Shown here: one piece after another, positions 41,582 through 51,035 of the stretch | Layout of the letters: each line of letters opens with the position of its first letter | Position numbering within the stretch: the stretch's first letter is position 1 | Notes under the pieces: model-generated | What the model was told of the DNA's origin: nothing | Seen by the model: only the letters and a program-made list of their open reading frames with translations | Databases searched by the model: none | Assembly: GCA_963663965.2 (NCBI GenBank) | Contig: CAXXFK010000020.1 | Coordinates: 64,001-128,000, forward strand | DNA: 64,000 nt | Direction: 5' to 3' | From: Sedimentisphaerales bacterium | GTDB taxonomy: Bacteria > Planctomycetota > Phycisphaerae > Sedimentisphaerales > SM23-30 | Program-made: the position numbers and the translations under genes

Positions 41582-44026
41582 ATGTCAGCAAAAATCAAAT
41601 TGAAGTGTTTATGTCTTTTGTCAGTTATCATTATGGTGGGGGCATCACCGGGATGGGGGCATGACGGGGCGGTCGTACTGGAATGTGATGAGGTCGGCAC
41701 AGGAGGAGCCGGGGCATCTACTCGCGGGATCCAGTTTACCGTCAAAGGCAGTTTCGCCTCGATCGAGGTGCCACTGGCCGGCCAGGAAGCGGGCTATTAC
41801 CCGTTTAATGTCGAATTGCGCCGTTCATCCGGCTATATGACCAATCCATTGGCCTCGGTGCGGGTTGAAACCAATCTGAGCAAAACAACCTATGGTTATA
41901 CACCGATTCATATCGATTTTCCGCCGGTGAAAGTAACCGGAACCGAAACCTTTACGTTGAAATTCGTCGATATCGGCAGTAATTATTCGATGTATATCGC
42001 CTCGACAACTTTCGGTCAGATGCCGTGTCCGGATGCGTTGATTACCGATGAAAATAATGTTTACGACCCCACCCCCATCGCCTCGGCGGCCGGATTGCGC
42101 GTACTGGCCAGTCCATCCGGCTGTGATGATTGCCCCGGTGATATCAACGGCGATTATGTGGTGGATCTGAACGATTTTAAAATACTGACCGGGAACTGGC
42201 TGAATGTCTGTATTCCGGAACAGATGCCGCTGTTGGAAGTCTCCGCGACCTCGCTGCCCAGTGCGGTCATCCAGGGTTTGGCATTGCAGTTTAATATTCC
42301 GCTCAAATTGATTCAAAATGACAACGGGGTATTACGCTATACCAATCTGGACAAATTCCAGGTCGTGCCGACCATTGATCGGGGCATTGGTCAACCGGAT
42401 GAAGAGGGCATGGAAACGACACTGGAGAGTTTTGATTTTGAGAGTCTGACCGGCAGGGTATTAAGTGAGAAAACCGCCCTGGGGCTGGTCAGTAATGCTT
42501 TGCAAAAAGCAGGCGTCCCGTTTTCGGCAGGTCTGGAAGTAATTCCGACTGTTGACCATACCATGTTCGAGGCCGTCGGGGCTGATGGCAAGCTGATCAA
42601 GCAGGTGCCGCTGGATACCCAGGTGAATTATCAGTTCAAATTTGGCGCGATCCCGATCACCGGCCCGGGCGCCAAGATGAAATTTATCTTTGACGCCCAG
42701 GGCGAACTGGTGCATATGACATTGGGCTTACCGGCGGTTCAGACCGGCGGTTCGTATGATATCATGCCGCAGGCTCAGGCGGACGCGATGGCGCTGGAAG
42801 TCTACGGCTTTGTCCAGCCGGCCGATCCGGTAGCCGGTGAGCCGGCCATGAACCTGCCGGGGACGCCGAATCTGACCTCGAAGCTGGTTTATTGGGCACC
42901 GGCTGATGCGACCAACCTGGTATCGTTGTTGCCTCATTATCTCTATGGCGGAACGGTACCCAACCCACAAGGCGGGCCGGATATCATCCTGCGGAACATT
43001 TTACTACCGGCCTATCAGGCGCAAACTTCCGCGGTAGTGCCCAAGGTCCAACTGTTCGTGGACAATTTCCGCAATACGATTCATGCCGGCACGGAAACCT
43101 GGGGCGGTACGCCTCCTTACACCTATGCCTGGACCTCCAGCACAACCGATATTACTTATAAGACAGGCTCGAGTATTGATTATAAGGTTAATCCACGCGC
43201 AGGCATGCCCGATCCCACGGTTGAGACCGTCACAGTAGTCGTCACTGACGCGGCCGGTGTCAAGGTATCGGCCAGCAGAACGGTTGGCCTGCTGGCGATG
43301 GACCCGCCGGTTCTTGCCGATGAACCGATTCTGCCGGTGGGCGGGGTACTGGATGTCGGCACGGAGTGGGTCGGCCTGTCTCAGGGTCTGGGTGGTTCAT
43401 CGAGCAACGCGACCGGATTTGTCGCAACGCTGGGCAATGCCGGGGCCCATGTCCGGTATAACTGGGGCGATGAGAATGCCTGGGAGCGGGACTTTAAAGA
43501 TCCGGTTTATACCGGCGGTGATGATACCAACTGGATTGACAATGTGGACGCGGCATTTTATACCGGGCATGCCGATGGCACCGGTTTCACCTTCTCCAGC
43601 AATGTCAATGACGGCTTTTTGCACTATACCGAAGCCCGCTGGGGCAATTACGACCTGGAATGGCTGGTAATTGCGGCCTGTGGGCCTCTGCAATTAGAAT
43701 CCGGCGGCAAGCAGTGGTATCAGCGCTGGGGCCCGGCCTTTTATCGTTTGCACATTTTGTGCGGCTATCAGACTGGCAGTAGCGACAATACGGTAGAAGG
43801 CACCAAATACGCCAATTATCTGCTGTCGGGCCATACGGTTCGTCAGGCCTGGATTAAAACTGCCATAGAAGTTCAACCTTCCGATGTGCGTTATGGCGTG
43901 ATGGGCGTCATCGGGCCTGGCGGTCTCTGCAACTTTAACGACCATTACTGGGGCAAAGGCAGTGTCGGGGCGGATGTCTGGCCCGGTGACAAAATTGGTT
44001 ACTGGCTGGTACACGGACCGTGTTAA
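41582..44026 (+). CDS. Secreted multidomain protein: internal dockerin-like repeat, Ig/PKD-like domain, C-terminal DUF6345-like domain
   Basis: Signal peptide; GDINGDYVVDLNDF; GGTPPYTYAW; AWERDFKD..GGDD..D.VD..FYTGHA, WG..DLEWLVIAAC. Confidence 0.75.
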   Translation: MSAKIKLKCLCLLSVIIMVGASPGWGHDGAVVLECDEVGTGGAGASTRGIQFTVKGSFASIEVPLAGQEAGYYPFNVELRRSSGYMTNPLASVRVETNLSKTTYGYTPIHIDFPPVKVTGTETFTLKFVDIGSNYSMYIASTTFGQMPCPDALITDENNVYDPTPIASAAGLRVLASPSGCDDCPGDINGDYVVDLNDFKILTGNWLNVCIPEQMPLLEVSATSLPSAVIQGLALQFNIPLKLIQNDNGVLRYTNLDKFQVVPTIDRGIGQPDEEGMETTLESFDFESLTGRVLSEKTALGLVSNALQKAGVPFSAGLEVIPTVDHTMFEAVGADGKLIKQVPLDTQVNYQFKFGAIPITGPGAKMKFIFDAQGELVHMTLGLPAVQTGGSYDIMPQAQADAMALEVYGFVQPADPVAGEPAMNLPGTPNLTSKLVYWAPADATNLVSLLPHYLYGGTVPNPQGGPDIILRNILLPAYQAQTSAVVPKVQLFVDNFRNTIHAGTETWGGTPPYTYAWTSSTTDITYKTGSSIDYKVNPRAGMPDPTVETVTVVVTDAAGVKVSASRTVGLLAMDPPVLADEPILPVGGVLDVGTEWVGLSQGLGGSSSNATGFVATLGNAGAHVRYNWGDENAWERDFKDPVYTGGDDTNWIDNVDAAFYTGHADGTGFTFSSNVNDGFLHYTEARWGNYDLEWLVIAACGPLQLESGGKQWYQRWGPAFYRLHILCGYQTGSSDNTVEGTKYANYLLSGHTVRQAWIKTAIEVQPSDVRYGVMGVIGPGGLCNFNDHYWGKGSVGADVWPGDKIGYWLVHGPC

Positions 44027-44075
44027 TCGTCTGGATCCATTTCTGATCTGGAAAGGATCCGCCCTTAAATACAAT

Positions 44076-44107
44076 CAGGCGCCTTTATCCGGGGCGCCTG
44101 TTTTTTT
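44076..44107 (+). terminator. Intrinsic terminator
   Basis: CAGGCGCCTT...GGGGCGCCTG + T7. Confidence 0.85.
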
Positions 44108-44136
44108 ATAAGTACTGAAAGGAAGATAGCTAGACA

Positions 44137-44853
44137 TCAGGATTCTTGCAAAACATCGATTTCGCGTTCACGCATCAGCTCGATGAACAGTTCGGGATCT
44201 TCACAGCGCCGGATTTCAGCGACAAATTCTGGACTGCGCAACATGCGGCATAACCGGGCCAGAACATGCAGGTGATGTTTATCATCCTGCGAGCAGGTCA
44301 TGAAGAACAGATCGGTGAGCTGGCCGCTGGGAGCGCCAAAAACGATACCGGACTGGGTGCGTCCAAAGACCAGGAAAGAGTCGGACATGATGTAAGGCTG
44401 CGGCCGCTGGGGGTGAGGCAGGGCAATGCCAAATTCCAGGGCGGTACTGCCGGCATCTTCGCGTTCGTGCAGTTCCTGATAAAGGGTTTCGGGATCCCAG
44501 AGGATTCCGGTGCGGCTGGCCAGCAGGGTCAGTTCTTTTAAGACACTGTTTTTGGTGCGGGCCGGCAGGCTGGTACAAACGCCTTCCATCATCAACATGC
44601 CGGTTATCAGCAAATCTTTGGGATCGACATCGCGATGTAAGGTAATACTGGCATCCATCACCGCCAGATGGGTGTGGTGCATGGTGCCAATTTCCCGCTG
44701 AAGCCAGGCAGTAATTTCGGCCCGGTTGAACCGGTAATCGCCGCCGATTCTCTGGCAGGGGATTTCGCCCCGTTCGGCCATCTTCTGGACGTGACGGAAG
44801 TCAAATCCCATAAATCGGGTCAATTCCTGAATTGTCATCTGGCTATAAGGCAT
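44137..44853 (-). CDS. PTS IIA(Ntr)-like protein with N-terminal excisionase-type HTH
   Basis: MAERGEIP..RIGG.YRFNR HTH; RE..GSTA...GIALPH phospho-His motif; HLHVLARL. Confidence 0.85.
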   Translation of the reverse strand: MPYSQMTIQELTRFMGFDFRHVQKMAERGEIPCQRIGGDYRFNRAEITAWLQREIGTMHHTHLAVMDASITLHRDVDPKDLLITGMLMMEGVCTSLPARTKNSVLKELTLLASRTGILWDPETLYQELHEREDAGSTALEFGIALPHPQRPQPYIMSDSFLVFGRTQSGIVFGAPSGQLTDLFFMTCSQDDKHHLHVLARLCRMLRSPEFVAEIRRCEDPELFIELMREREIDVLQES

Positions 44854-45207
44854 AATTAGGAAGGATCTCAAAGAGGGTTTTCTCTTCTCCGGCATTGCGA
44901 TAGAGGGAGAAGTATGGCACATCCTGTTAGCAAAATCCAGCAAAATTTATAACTACTTATATTTTATCGAATTAGAATTTTGAAGGCATTGGAACAAATT
45001 AGATTATTTGGTGTTCGGCCATTAATTCAAAATACATAATTGATTAATATTTAAAGAGTTATGAATAATTAGTCGATTGAAAGGATTATCGGAAGGATCG
45101 CGTTGTTTTTCCCATAAGTCCCATATTTGTAATAATTATGCGTTTTTTTACAAAGAAGGGTTTCCGATCAGGCTTTAATTCAGGTTCAATCCTGACTCGC
45201 AGGATTG

Positions 45208-45235
45208 TTGACATTTGACACAACTCCGTTAAGAT
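45208..45235 (+). promoter_or_regulatory. Sigma70 promoter TTGACA-N16-TAAGAT for the fucosidase operon
   Basis: Consensus -35 and near-consensus -10 upstream of GGAGG RBS. Confidence 0.5.
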
Positions 45236-45286
45236 GAAACCAAATATATTTTGATACCGTCAGAACAATTCTTGCCGGAGGTTTTT

Positions 45287-46471
45287 ATGTATCATCGCCG
45301 GGAGTTTTTTCAAATGGTTGCGGCAATGGGCGTGACTGCTTTGAATGCTAGTGGATCGTGGGCAGATATGACTGACGCCCAGGCCGTTCCATCGTATTTA
45401 AAAAAGTTTGCCGGTGATTATGCCGGCGACCCCCGCCGGGCGGCCCGGAACTGGTTTGCCCAGGCACATTTCGGACTTTTCATGCATTATGGGCTCTACA
45501 GCCAATTAGGGCGGGGCGAATGGGTTATGTATCAGGAAAAAATACCGGTCAGCGATTACAAAAAGCTGAAGGACACCTTCAAACCGGATAAATTTGACGC
45601 CGATTTCATTACCGATCTGGCCTGCGAAGCGGAAATGAGCTATGTCAATATCACCAGTCGGCATCATGACGGCTTTTGCCTGTTTGAGACGGCCACCAGC
45701 GATTATCACAGTGTCAACAGCCCGGCCAGGCGGGATCTGATCGGGGAACTGGCCGAACAATGTCAGAAAAAGGCGCTTGGATTGTTTTTGTATTATTCGC
45801 TGGGCGCCGACTGGCAACATCCTTATTTTTATCCGCGGAAGTTTAATGCTATTGTTCAACCGGCGTATCCCAAACCGGATCCATCGTATCGGTGGCAGAA
45901 AGATGAGGATTTTCAGATCTATCTGGAGTATGCCCATGGCCAGATCCGCGAACTGTTGACTCATTATGGCCCGATCGCCGGGATGTGGTTCGATCCTTAT
46001 GTCGGGTATTTTGGCCGGCCGGACCTGTTCAAGCTGGATGAGACATACGCCCTGGTCCGAAAATTACAGCCGCAAACCCTGATCAGTTTTAAACAGGGAG
46101 TCACCGGGACAGAAGATTTCGCGGCGCCGGAACGCAGCGGGCACTCGATGGAAGATACTATGAGAACCCGTTTTGGCGAGAAAGCCGCGGAACTCGCCCG
46201 CAAGGGTTGGGAAGGCAATCGGAACAAACACAACGAAATCTGCGATACGCTCCAACCCCGCGTCTGGGGCTATCGCAAAGACGCCCAGCATAAAAATGCC
46301 GATGAAGTCATCGCCCTGCTGGCGAACGCATTCAAACAAAATTGCAACCTGCTGCTCAATACCGGGCCATTGCCCGATGGTTCGATCGATCCAACCGACA
46401 CGGCCACATTACGGGAAGTCGGCCGAAGAATACACGCTGAGGGCTGGCCTGACACCAAGGAGTTATCATGA
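45287..46471 (+). CDS. Alpha-L-fucosidase GH29, Tat-exported
   Basis: HRREFF twin-arginine signal; FGLFMHYG, RHHDGF, MWFD nucleophile, NLLLNTGP.PDG. Confidence 0.92.
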   Translation: MYHRREFFQMVAAMGVTALNASGSWADMTDAQAVPSYLKKFAGDYAGDPRRAARNWFAQAHFGLFMHYGLYSQLGRGEWVMYQEKIPVSDYKKLKDTFKPDKFDADFITDLACEAEMSYVNITSRHHDGFCLFETATSDYHSVNSPARRDLIGELAEQCQKKALGLFLYYSLGADWQHPYFYPRKFNAIVQPAYPKPDPSYRWQKDEDFQIYLEYAHGQIRELLTHYGPIAGMWFDPYVGYFGRPDLFKLDETYALVRKLQPQTLISFKQGVTGTEDFAAPERSGHSMEDTMRTRFGEKAAELARKGWEGNRNKHNEICDTLQPRVWGYRKDAQHKNADEVIALLANAFKQNCNLLLNTGPLPDGSIDPTDTATLREVGRRIHAEGWPDTKELS

Positions 46472-47883
46472 AAATGATGCCGATACTTTCAGGGTTGTTG
46501 TTATCCGTGATGCTGATTATTCCGGCCGGTGCGTCAGTATCGGCGCCTGTCGATATGGCTCAACGAACTGAAGAACTTCAGCAACTGCGTTTTGGCATGT
46601 TCATCTGCTGGAGCTTCAGCACCTTCAGCGGCTATGAATGGTCGCCGGGGGTGGACGATATCCGCTTTTTTAATCCCACCGGGTTCGATCCGGATCAATG
46701 GTGCCGAGTGGCCAGTGACGCGGGGATGGGTTATGTCCTGTTTCTGACCAAGCATCATGATGGATTCTGTCTGTGGGACACCAAAACGACTGATCGTAAA
46801 GTTACCAACAGCCCACTGGGAATTGACGCGCTGGCGGAGGTAAAAAAATCCTGCGAGAAACACGGTTTGAAACTGGCTTTGTATTTTTCCGAGGGCGACT
46901 GGTCCTGGTCGGGCCGAAAAGACATCCATCAATCCATCGCACGCCCCGAAATTAAAAAAGCCCAGTTACAGGAATTATTAACCCGCTATGGACCGATCGA
47001 ATATATCTGGTTTGACCACGCAGTGGGGACGGGCGGCTTGTCCCACGGCGAAACGGCGGCTCTGGTCAAGTCGCTGCAACCGGGATGTTTTGTGGGTTTT
47101 AATCACGGCGATCAGACCGGCACCGATATCCGGATTGGTGAACGCGGGAAACCGGCGCCTCTTGAGAATACCTCAGCAGACGCGATCGGCAGCGAAAACC
47201 GTGCCTCTTTCATGCAAGGTCACCAGGGTTATCGACTGGCGGAATTCACCTATCCCATTTTAGAGGGTCAGGGGCGGGCTAAATTGCGGGGCGCCCAGTG
47301 GTTTTATTCACTGCCGGAAAATGATGAACAAGCGGTATCGGCAGAGAAAATTTACCTCGATTACCTGGGGGCGGTGCGGTACGGGAACATCTTTTCACTC
47401 GATATCGGGCCTGATCGCAATGGCCGGATTCGCGCCATCGATGTGGAACGACTGCGAAAAGTGGGCCGGTATATACGAGGTGAAGCCGCTCTGCCCCCGC
47501 TGCCGTTAGCGATCCGATCGATTAAGGCATCCAGTACCTGGAGCAGTGAATATGGCCCGGATAAAGCCATCGACGGCAATCGCCAGACGCGCTGGGGCGC
47601 GGCGGAAGGTGCGCGCTCGGGCCAGCTGGAGTTGGAATTGGAACAGGAGCAAACGATTGCCAGAATATTGATTGATGAAGGCAACTGGGGCCGGATTGAG
47701 CAGTACGTTATTCAGGCCAGCGTTGATAATGGATGGCAAACCATCTACCAGGGAACAACGATAGGAAATTCCTGTGAAATAACCCTGGATAAGCCGGTAA
47801 GTACCGACCGGTTACGGATTGATTTTTTGAAGGCCAATGAAGTTCCGACCATTTGTGAAGTGGAAGTTTATGAAACGAAATAA
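46468..47883 (+). CDS. Alpha-L-fucosidase GH29 with C-terminal F5/8 type C (CBM32-like) domain
   Basis: FGMFICW, TKHHDGFCLW, IWFD, LDIGPDRNG; AIDGN..TRW. Confidence 0.92.
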   Translation: MKMMPILSGLLLSVMLIIPAGASVSAPVDMAQRTEELQQLRFGMFICWSFSTFSGYEWSPGVDDIRFFNPTGFDPDQWCRVASDAGMGYVLFLTKHHDGFCLWDTKTTDRKVTNSPLGIDALAEVKKSCEKHGLKLALYFSEGDWSWSGRKDIHQSIARPEIKKAQLQELLTRYGPIEYIWFDHAVGTGGLSHGETAALVKSLQPGCFVGFNHGDQTGTDIRIGERGKPAPLENTSADAIGSENRASFMQGHQGYRLAEFTYPILEGQGRAKLRGAQWFYSLPENDEQAVSAEKIYLDYLGAVRYGNIFSLDIGPDRNGRIRAIDVERLRKVGRYIRGEAALPPLPLAIRSIKASSTWSSEYGPDKAIDGNRQTRWGAAEGARSGQLELELEQEQTIARILIDEGNWGRIEQYVIQASVDNGWQTIYQGTTIGNSCEITLDKPVSTDRLRIDFLKANEVPTICEVEVYETK

Positions 47884-48568
47884 CTTGACTCTATCCTGCG
47901 AAGCGATCCGGAATTGTGACCAGACAGCCATTGAACGTTATCATATTCCCGGCGTGGTACTCATGGAAAATGCCGGGCGGGGCGCGGCGGAAGCGATCAT
48001 CGATTATCTGAAAGAATCTCCCAGCCAGGATCCACCCCGAGTGTTGATCGTGGCTGGAACCGGGAATAATGGCGGCGATGGTTTTGTGGTGGCGCGTCAA
48101 CTGGATTTACATGGAATCGAAAGCGAGATCCTGATTTGCGGGCCACGAGAAAAAGTTGGAGGCGACGCCCGAGTTAATCTTGACATTATCGAAGCGATGG
48201 GGTTGCCGGTTCGATTTTTCTGCGATGAATCCGATGAAGCATGGAATGCCATCATTGAGACAACCGCCGGTCAATGTGTGTTAATTGTGGACGCGATGCT
48301 GGGGACCGGATTAACTGGTCCGCCACGGGAACCATTCAGCACGACGATCCATGCGATCAATCGATTGGACAAGCCAGTGATTGCGCTGGACATACCATCT
48401 GGTCTTAATGGCGATACCGGTGAAGCATATGATCCGACAATCCGGGCAGACTTAACCCTTACCTTTGCCGCAATGAAAACCGGATTCGGACTGGGTGACG
48501 CCCATCAGTACGTGGGCGATATTTTTATACAACCCATTGGCATCCGTACGGATTACCTGGTGAAATAG
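47870..48568 (+). CDS. nnrE: NAD(P)H-hydrate epimerase (YjeF N-terminal domain only)
   Basis: LMENAGRG, GTGNNGGDG, VDAMLGTG, LDIPSG, T.TF...K.G. Confidence 0.92.
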   Translation: MKRNNLTLSCEAIRNCDQTAIERYHIPGVVLMENAGRGAAEAIIDYLKESPSQDPPRVLIVAGTGNNGGDGFVVARQLDLHGIESEILICGPREKVGGDARVNLDIIEAMGLPVRFFCDESDEAWNAIIETTAGQCVLIVDAMLGTGLTGPPREPFSTTIHAINRLDKPVIALDIPSGLNGDTGEAYDPTIRADLTLTFAAMKTGFGLGDAHQYVGDIFIQPIGIRTDYLVK

Positions 48569-48699
48569 TTATTCATCTATAAATATTGGTTTTCCGGTTG
48601 GTTTTGGAATTAAACCGGATTATGATGGGATGAAATGTATTTGTATTGATAACAGTTTATCGATGCAAGTATAAGCAAAACAAACCCCGGAGGCAAACA

Positions 48700-50463
48700 A
48701 TGTCAGTATCACGTCAGGTTTCTCTGCGAGTTGGTATCCTGGTCCTTTTTGTTTTTCTATGTCTTGTCGAATCGGAGGTCCAGGCTCAACGTCAACCATT
48801 GAACTTTCGCAAACTATCCAATGTCACCATCCCCATGTCGGATGGTGTGAACCTGTCAACCGATATCTATTTACCGAAAGAAGCCGGTCAGTATCCCGTT
48901 CTGCTCAGCCGTACTCCTTATGGCAAGGGCGGCGATTATAACGATGGTCACGCCAACTATTTCGTCAATCATGGCTATGCCGTAGTGATCCAGGATTGCC
49001 GTGGTAAGGGTCGGTCGCAAGGCGATTGGGAACCATTTGTGAATGAAGCAAAGGATGGATTCGAAACGCAGCAATGGCTATTGAAGCAGCCCTGGTGTAA
49101 CGGCAAGCTGGGCACCTTTGGCGGATCGTATGTGGGTTTTACCCAATGGGCCAGCGCGCCGAAAGCCGGTGATTATCTCAAGTGCCTAGTGCCAGTGGTG
49201 CCACTGATTGAACCTTATTACGACGGGGGATTTTATGATGGCGCGCTGCGGCTGGCGCTGGGCTTTGGCTGGGGAGCAGAAGTGTCGTATCGTCCCGGTG
49301 AAAAACGGGCCATGGATGGCTGGAATTATTCCGACTGGAACAAGGCGTATGGCACCTTGCCATTGAAAGAATGGGATAAAGGGATCGGAAAGGAAGTGCC
49401 CTACCTGCGTGAATGGATCCGGCATTACCGATATGACGATTACTGGAAACAGCGCGGCGTTTTACCTCAGATAAGCCAGATTAAATCGCCGGTTCTCCTT
49501 ATGGGCGGCTGGTACGATATTTTTGCCGAGACGGCACTGCGCCATATCGACACACTGCGCCAATCCACTCAGTCTCCCCCGGCTATTCATACGATCATGG
49601 GGCCCTGGGTCCACAATATGAATCAGAATGGCCGGGTAGGCGAAATCGAATTCGGGCGGGCTTCGGCAACCGATCTGCTGAAATTCCACCTTCAGTGGTA
49701 TGACCACTGGCTGAAAGATCAAAAGAATGTTGTAGAAGACTGGCCGGCCTACCGTTTGTTTGTCATGGGCCGAAACCGGTGGCGTGAGGAACAACAATGG
49801 CCTCCTGCCGGCGTATCATATACCAACTATTATCTGCACAGCAATGGGTCCGCCAATACGCTGTCTGGCGACGGGGCCTTATCCACGCAAATGCCTGAAA
49901 ACGAGCCGGTGGATCGATATGTGTATGATCCGGAGAATCCGGTTATCACCTTGGGCGGCAGCAATCTGGTCGGCTGTCCGGATGGGCCGCGCAATCAAAT
50001 CAGCGCGGAACAACGTGAGGATGTGCTGGTATACAGCAGTGAACCGCTGGAGACCGAACTGGAAGCCATCGGACCCATTAAAGTCATTCTTTACGCGGCC
50101 AGTGACGCGCTCGATACAGACTGGACCGCCAAGCTGGTAGATGTCTATCCTGATGGCCGGGCATTCAATCTATGTGATGGGATTATCCGGGCGCGTTTTC
50201 GTGACTTATCTGAACAGGAGCTGCTGCTGACGCCGGGACAGGTGGAAAAATATACCATCGATCTGGGCGTCACCAGTAACGCTTTTCTGAAAGGCCACCG
50301 AATACGACTGGAAATCTCCTCCAGTAATTTTCCCCGTTTCGATCGCAATCCTAACACGGGGCATCCTTTTGGACAGGATACCCAACTTAAAAAGGCCAAG
50401 CAGCAGGTTTATCACGGCAGGGTTTACGCATCCCATATTATTTTACCGGTTATTGCCAATTAA
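48700..50463 (+). CDS. CocE/NonD family hydrolase (S15), secreted
   Basis: IPMSDGV.L.TD, RTPY, GGSY.G nucleophile, GGWYD, GPW.H, SNFPRFDRN; GGAGG RBS. Confidence 0.92.
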   Translation: MSVSRQVSLRVGILVLFVFLCLVESEVQAQRQPLNFRKLSNVTIPMSDGVNLSTDIYLPKEAGQYPVLLSRTPYGKGGDYNDGHANYFVNHGYAVVIQDCRGKGRSQGDWEPFVNEAKDGFETQQWLLKQPWCNGKLGTFGGSYVGFTQWASAPKAGDYLKCLVPVVPLIEPYYDGGFYDGALRLALGFGWGAEVSYRPGEKRAMDGWNYSDWNKAYGTLPLKEWDKGIGKEVPYLREWIRHYRYDDYWKQRGVLPQISQIKSPVLLMGGWYDIFAETALRHIDTLRQSTQSPPAIHTIMGPWVHNMNQNGRVGEIEFGRASATDLLKFHLQWYDHWLKDQKNVVEDWPAYRLFVMGRNRWREEQQWPPAGVSYTNYYLHSNGSANTLSGDGALSTQMPENEPVDRYVYDPENPVITLGGSNLVGCPDGPRNQISAEQREDVLVYSSEPLETELEAIGPIKVILYAASDALDTDWTAKLVDVYPDGRAFNLCDGIIRARFRDLSEQELLLTPGQVEKYTIDLGVTSNAFLKGHRIRLEISSSNFPRFDRNPNTGHPFGQDTQLKKAKQQVYHGRVYASHIILPVIAN

Positions 50464-50494
50464 GTCATATTCAAAATCAGGAGTTTTACTAATT

Positions 50495-50905
50495 ATGACA
50501 ACGGAACAGATCTATGAATTTCTACAGACTAATCCAGTATGTTATCTAGCCACCGTCGAGGGCGATCAGCCTCGAGTGCGTGGTATGATGCTTTATAAGG
50601 CCGATCCGACCGGCCTGCTTTTCCATACCGGCAGTATGAAAGAACTCTGTCAACACATGAAGCTCAATCCAAAAGTTGAAGTCTGCTTTGCCAGCCAGGA
50701 TATGCAAGTGCGTATTGCCGGCATGGCAGAATTTGTTGATGATCTGGAATTGAAAAAGCAGATTGCCGAGGATCGCCCTTTTATGAAACCCTGGCTGGAA
50801 CAACACGGTTTTGATTTCTTAGCGGTATTTCGTGTCGTTAATTGTCAAGCCGCCGTCTGGACTATGACCACCAATCTGGAGCCAACTCACTACATATCTA
50901 TATAG
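50495..50905 (+). CDS. Pyridoxamine 5'-phosphate oxidase-like FMN-binding protein
   Basis: YLATVEGDQPRVR, FHT...K, NPKVEVCF; AGGAG RBS. Confidence 0.85.
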   Translation: MTTEQIYEFLQTNPVCYLATVEGDQPRVRGMMLYKADPTGLLFHTGSMKELCQHMKLNPKVEVCFASQDMQVRIAGMAEFVDDLELKKQIAEDRPFMKPWLEQHGFDFLAVFRVVNCQAAVWTMTTNLEPTHYISI

Positions 50906-51035
50906 GCTTCCTGTCTCAGGATATGATCCAAATAAATACCCGGTGATCATTGCCATACGGATATCACGTTGATTTTGTAATATCTCAGCAATTTCCTGCG
51001 TTTAGAAAAATGATTCTAACTACAAGGAATTTCCT

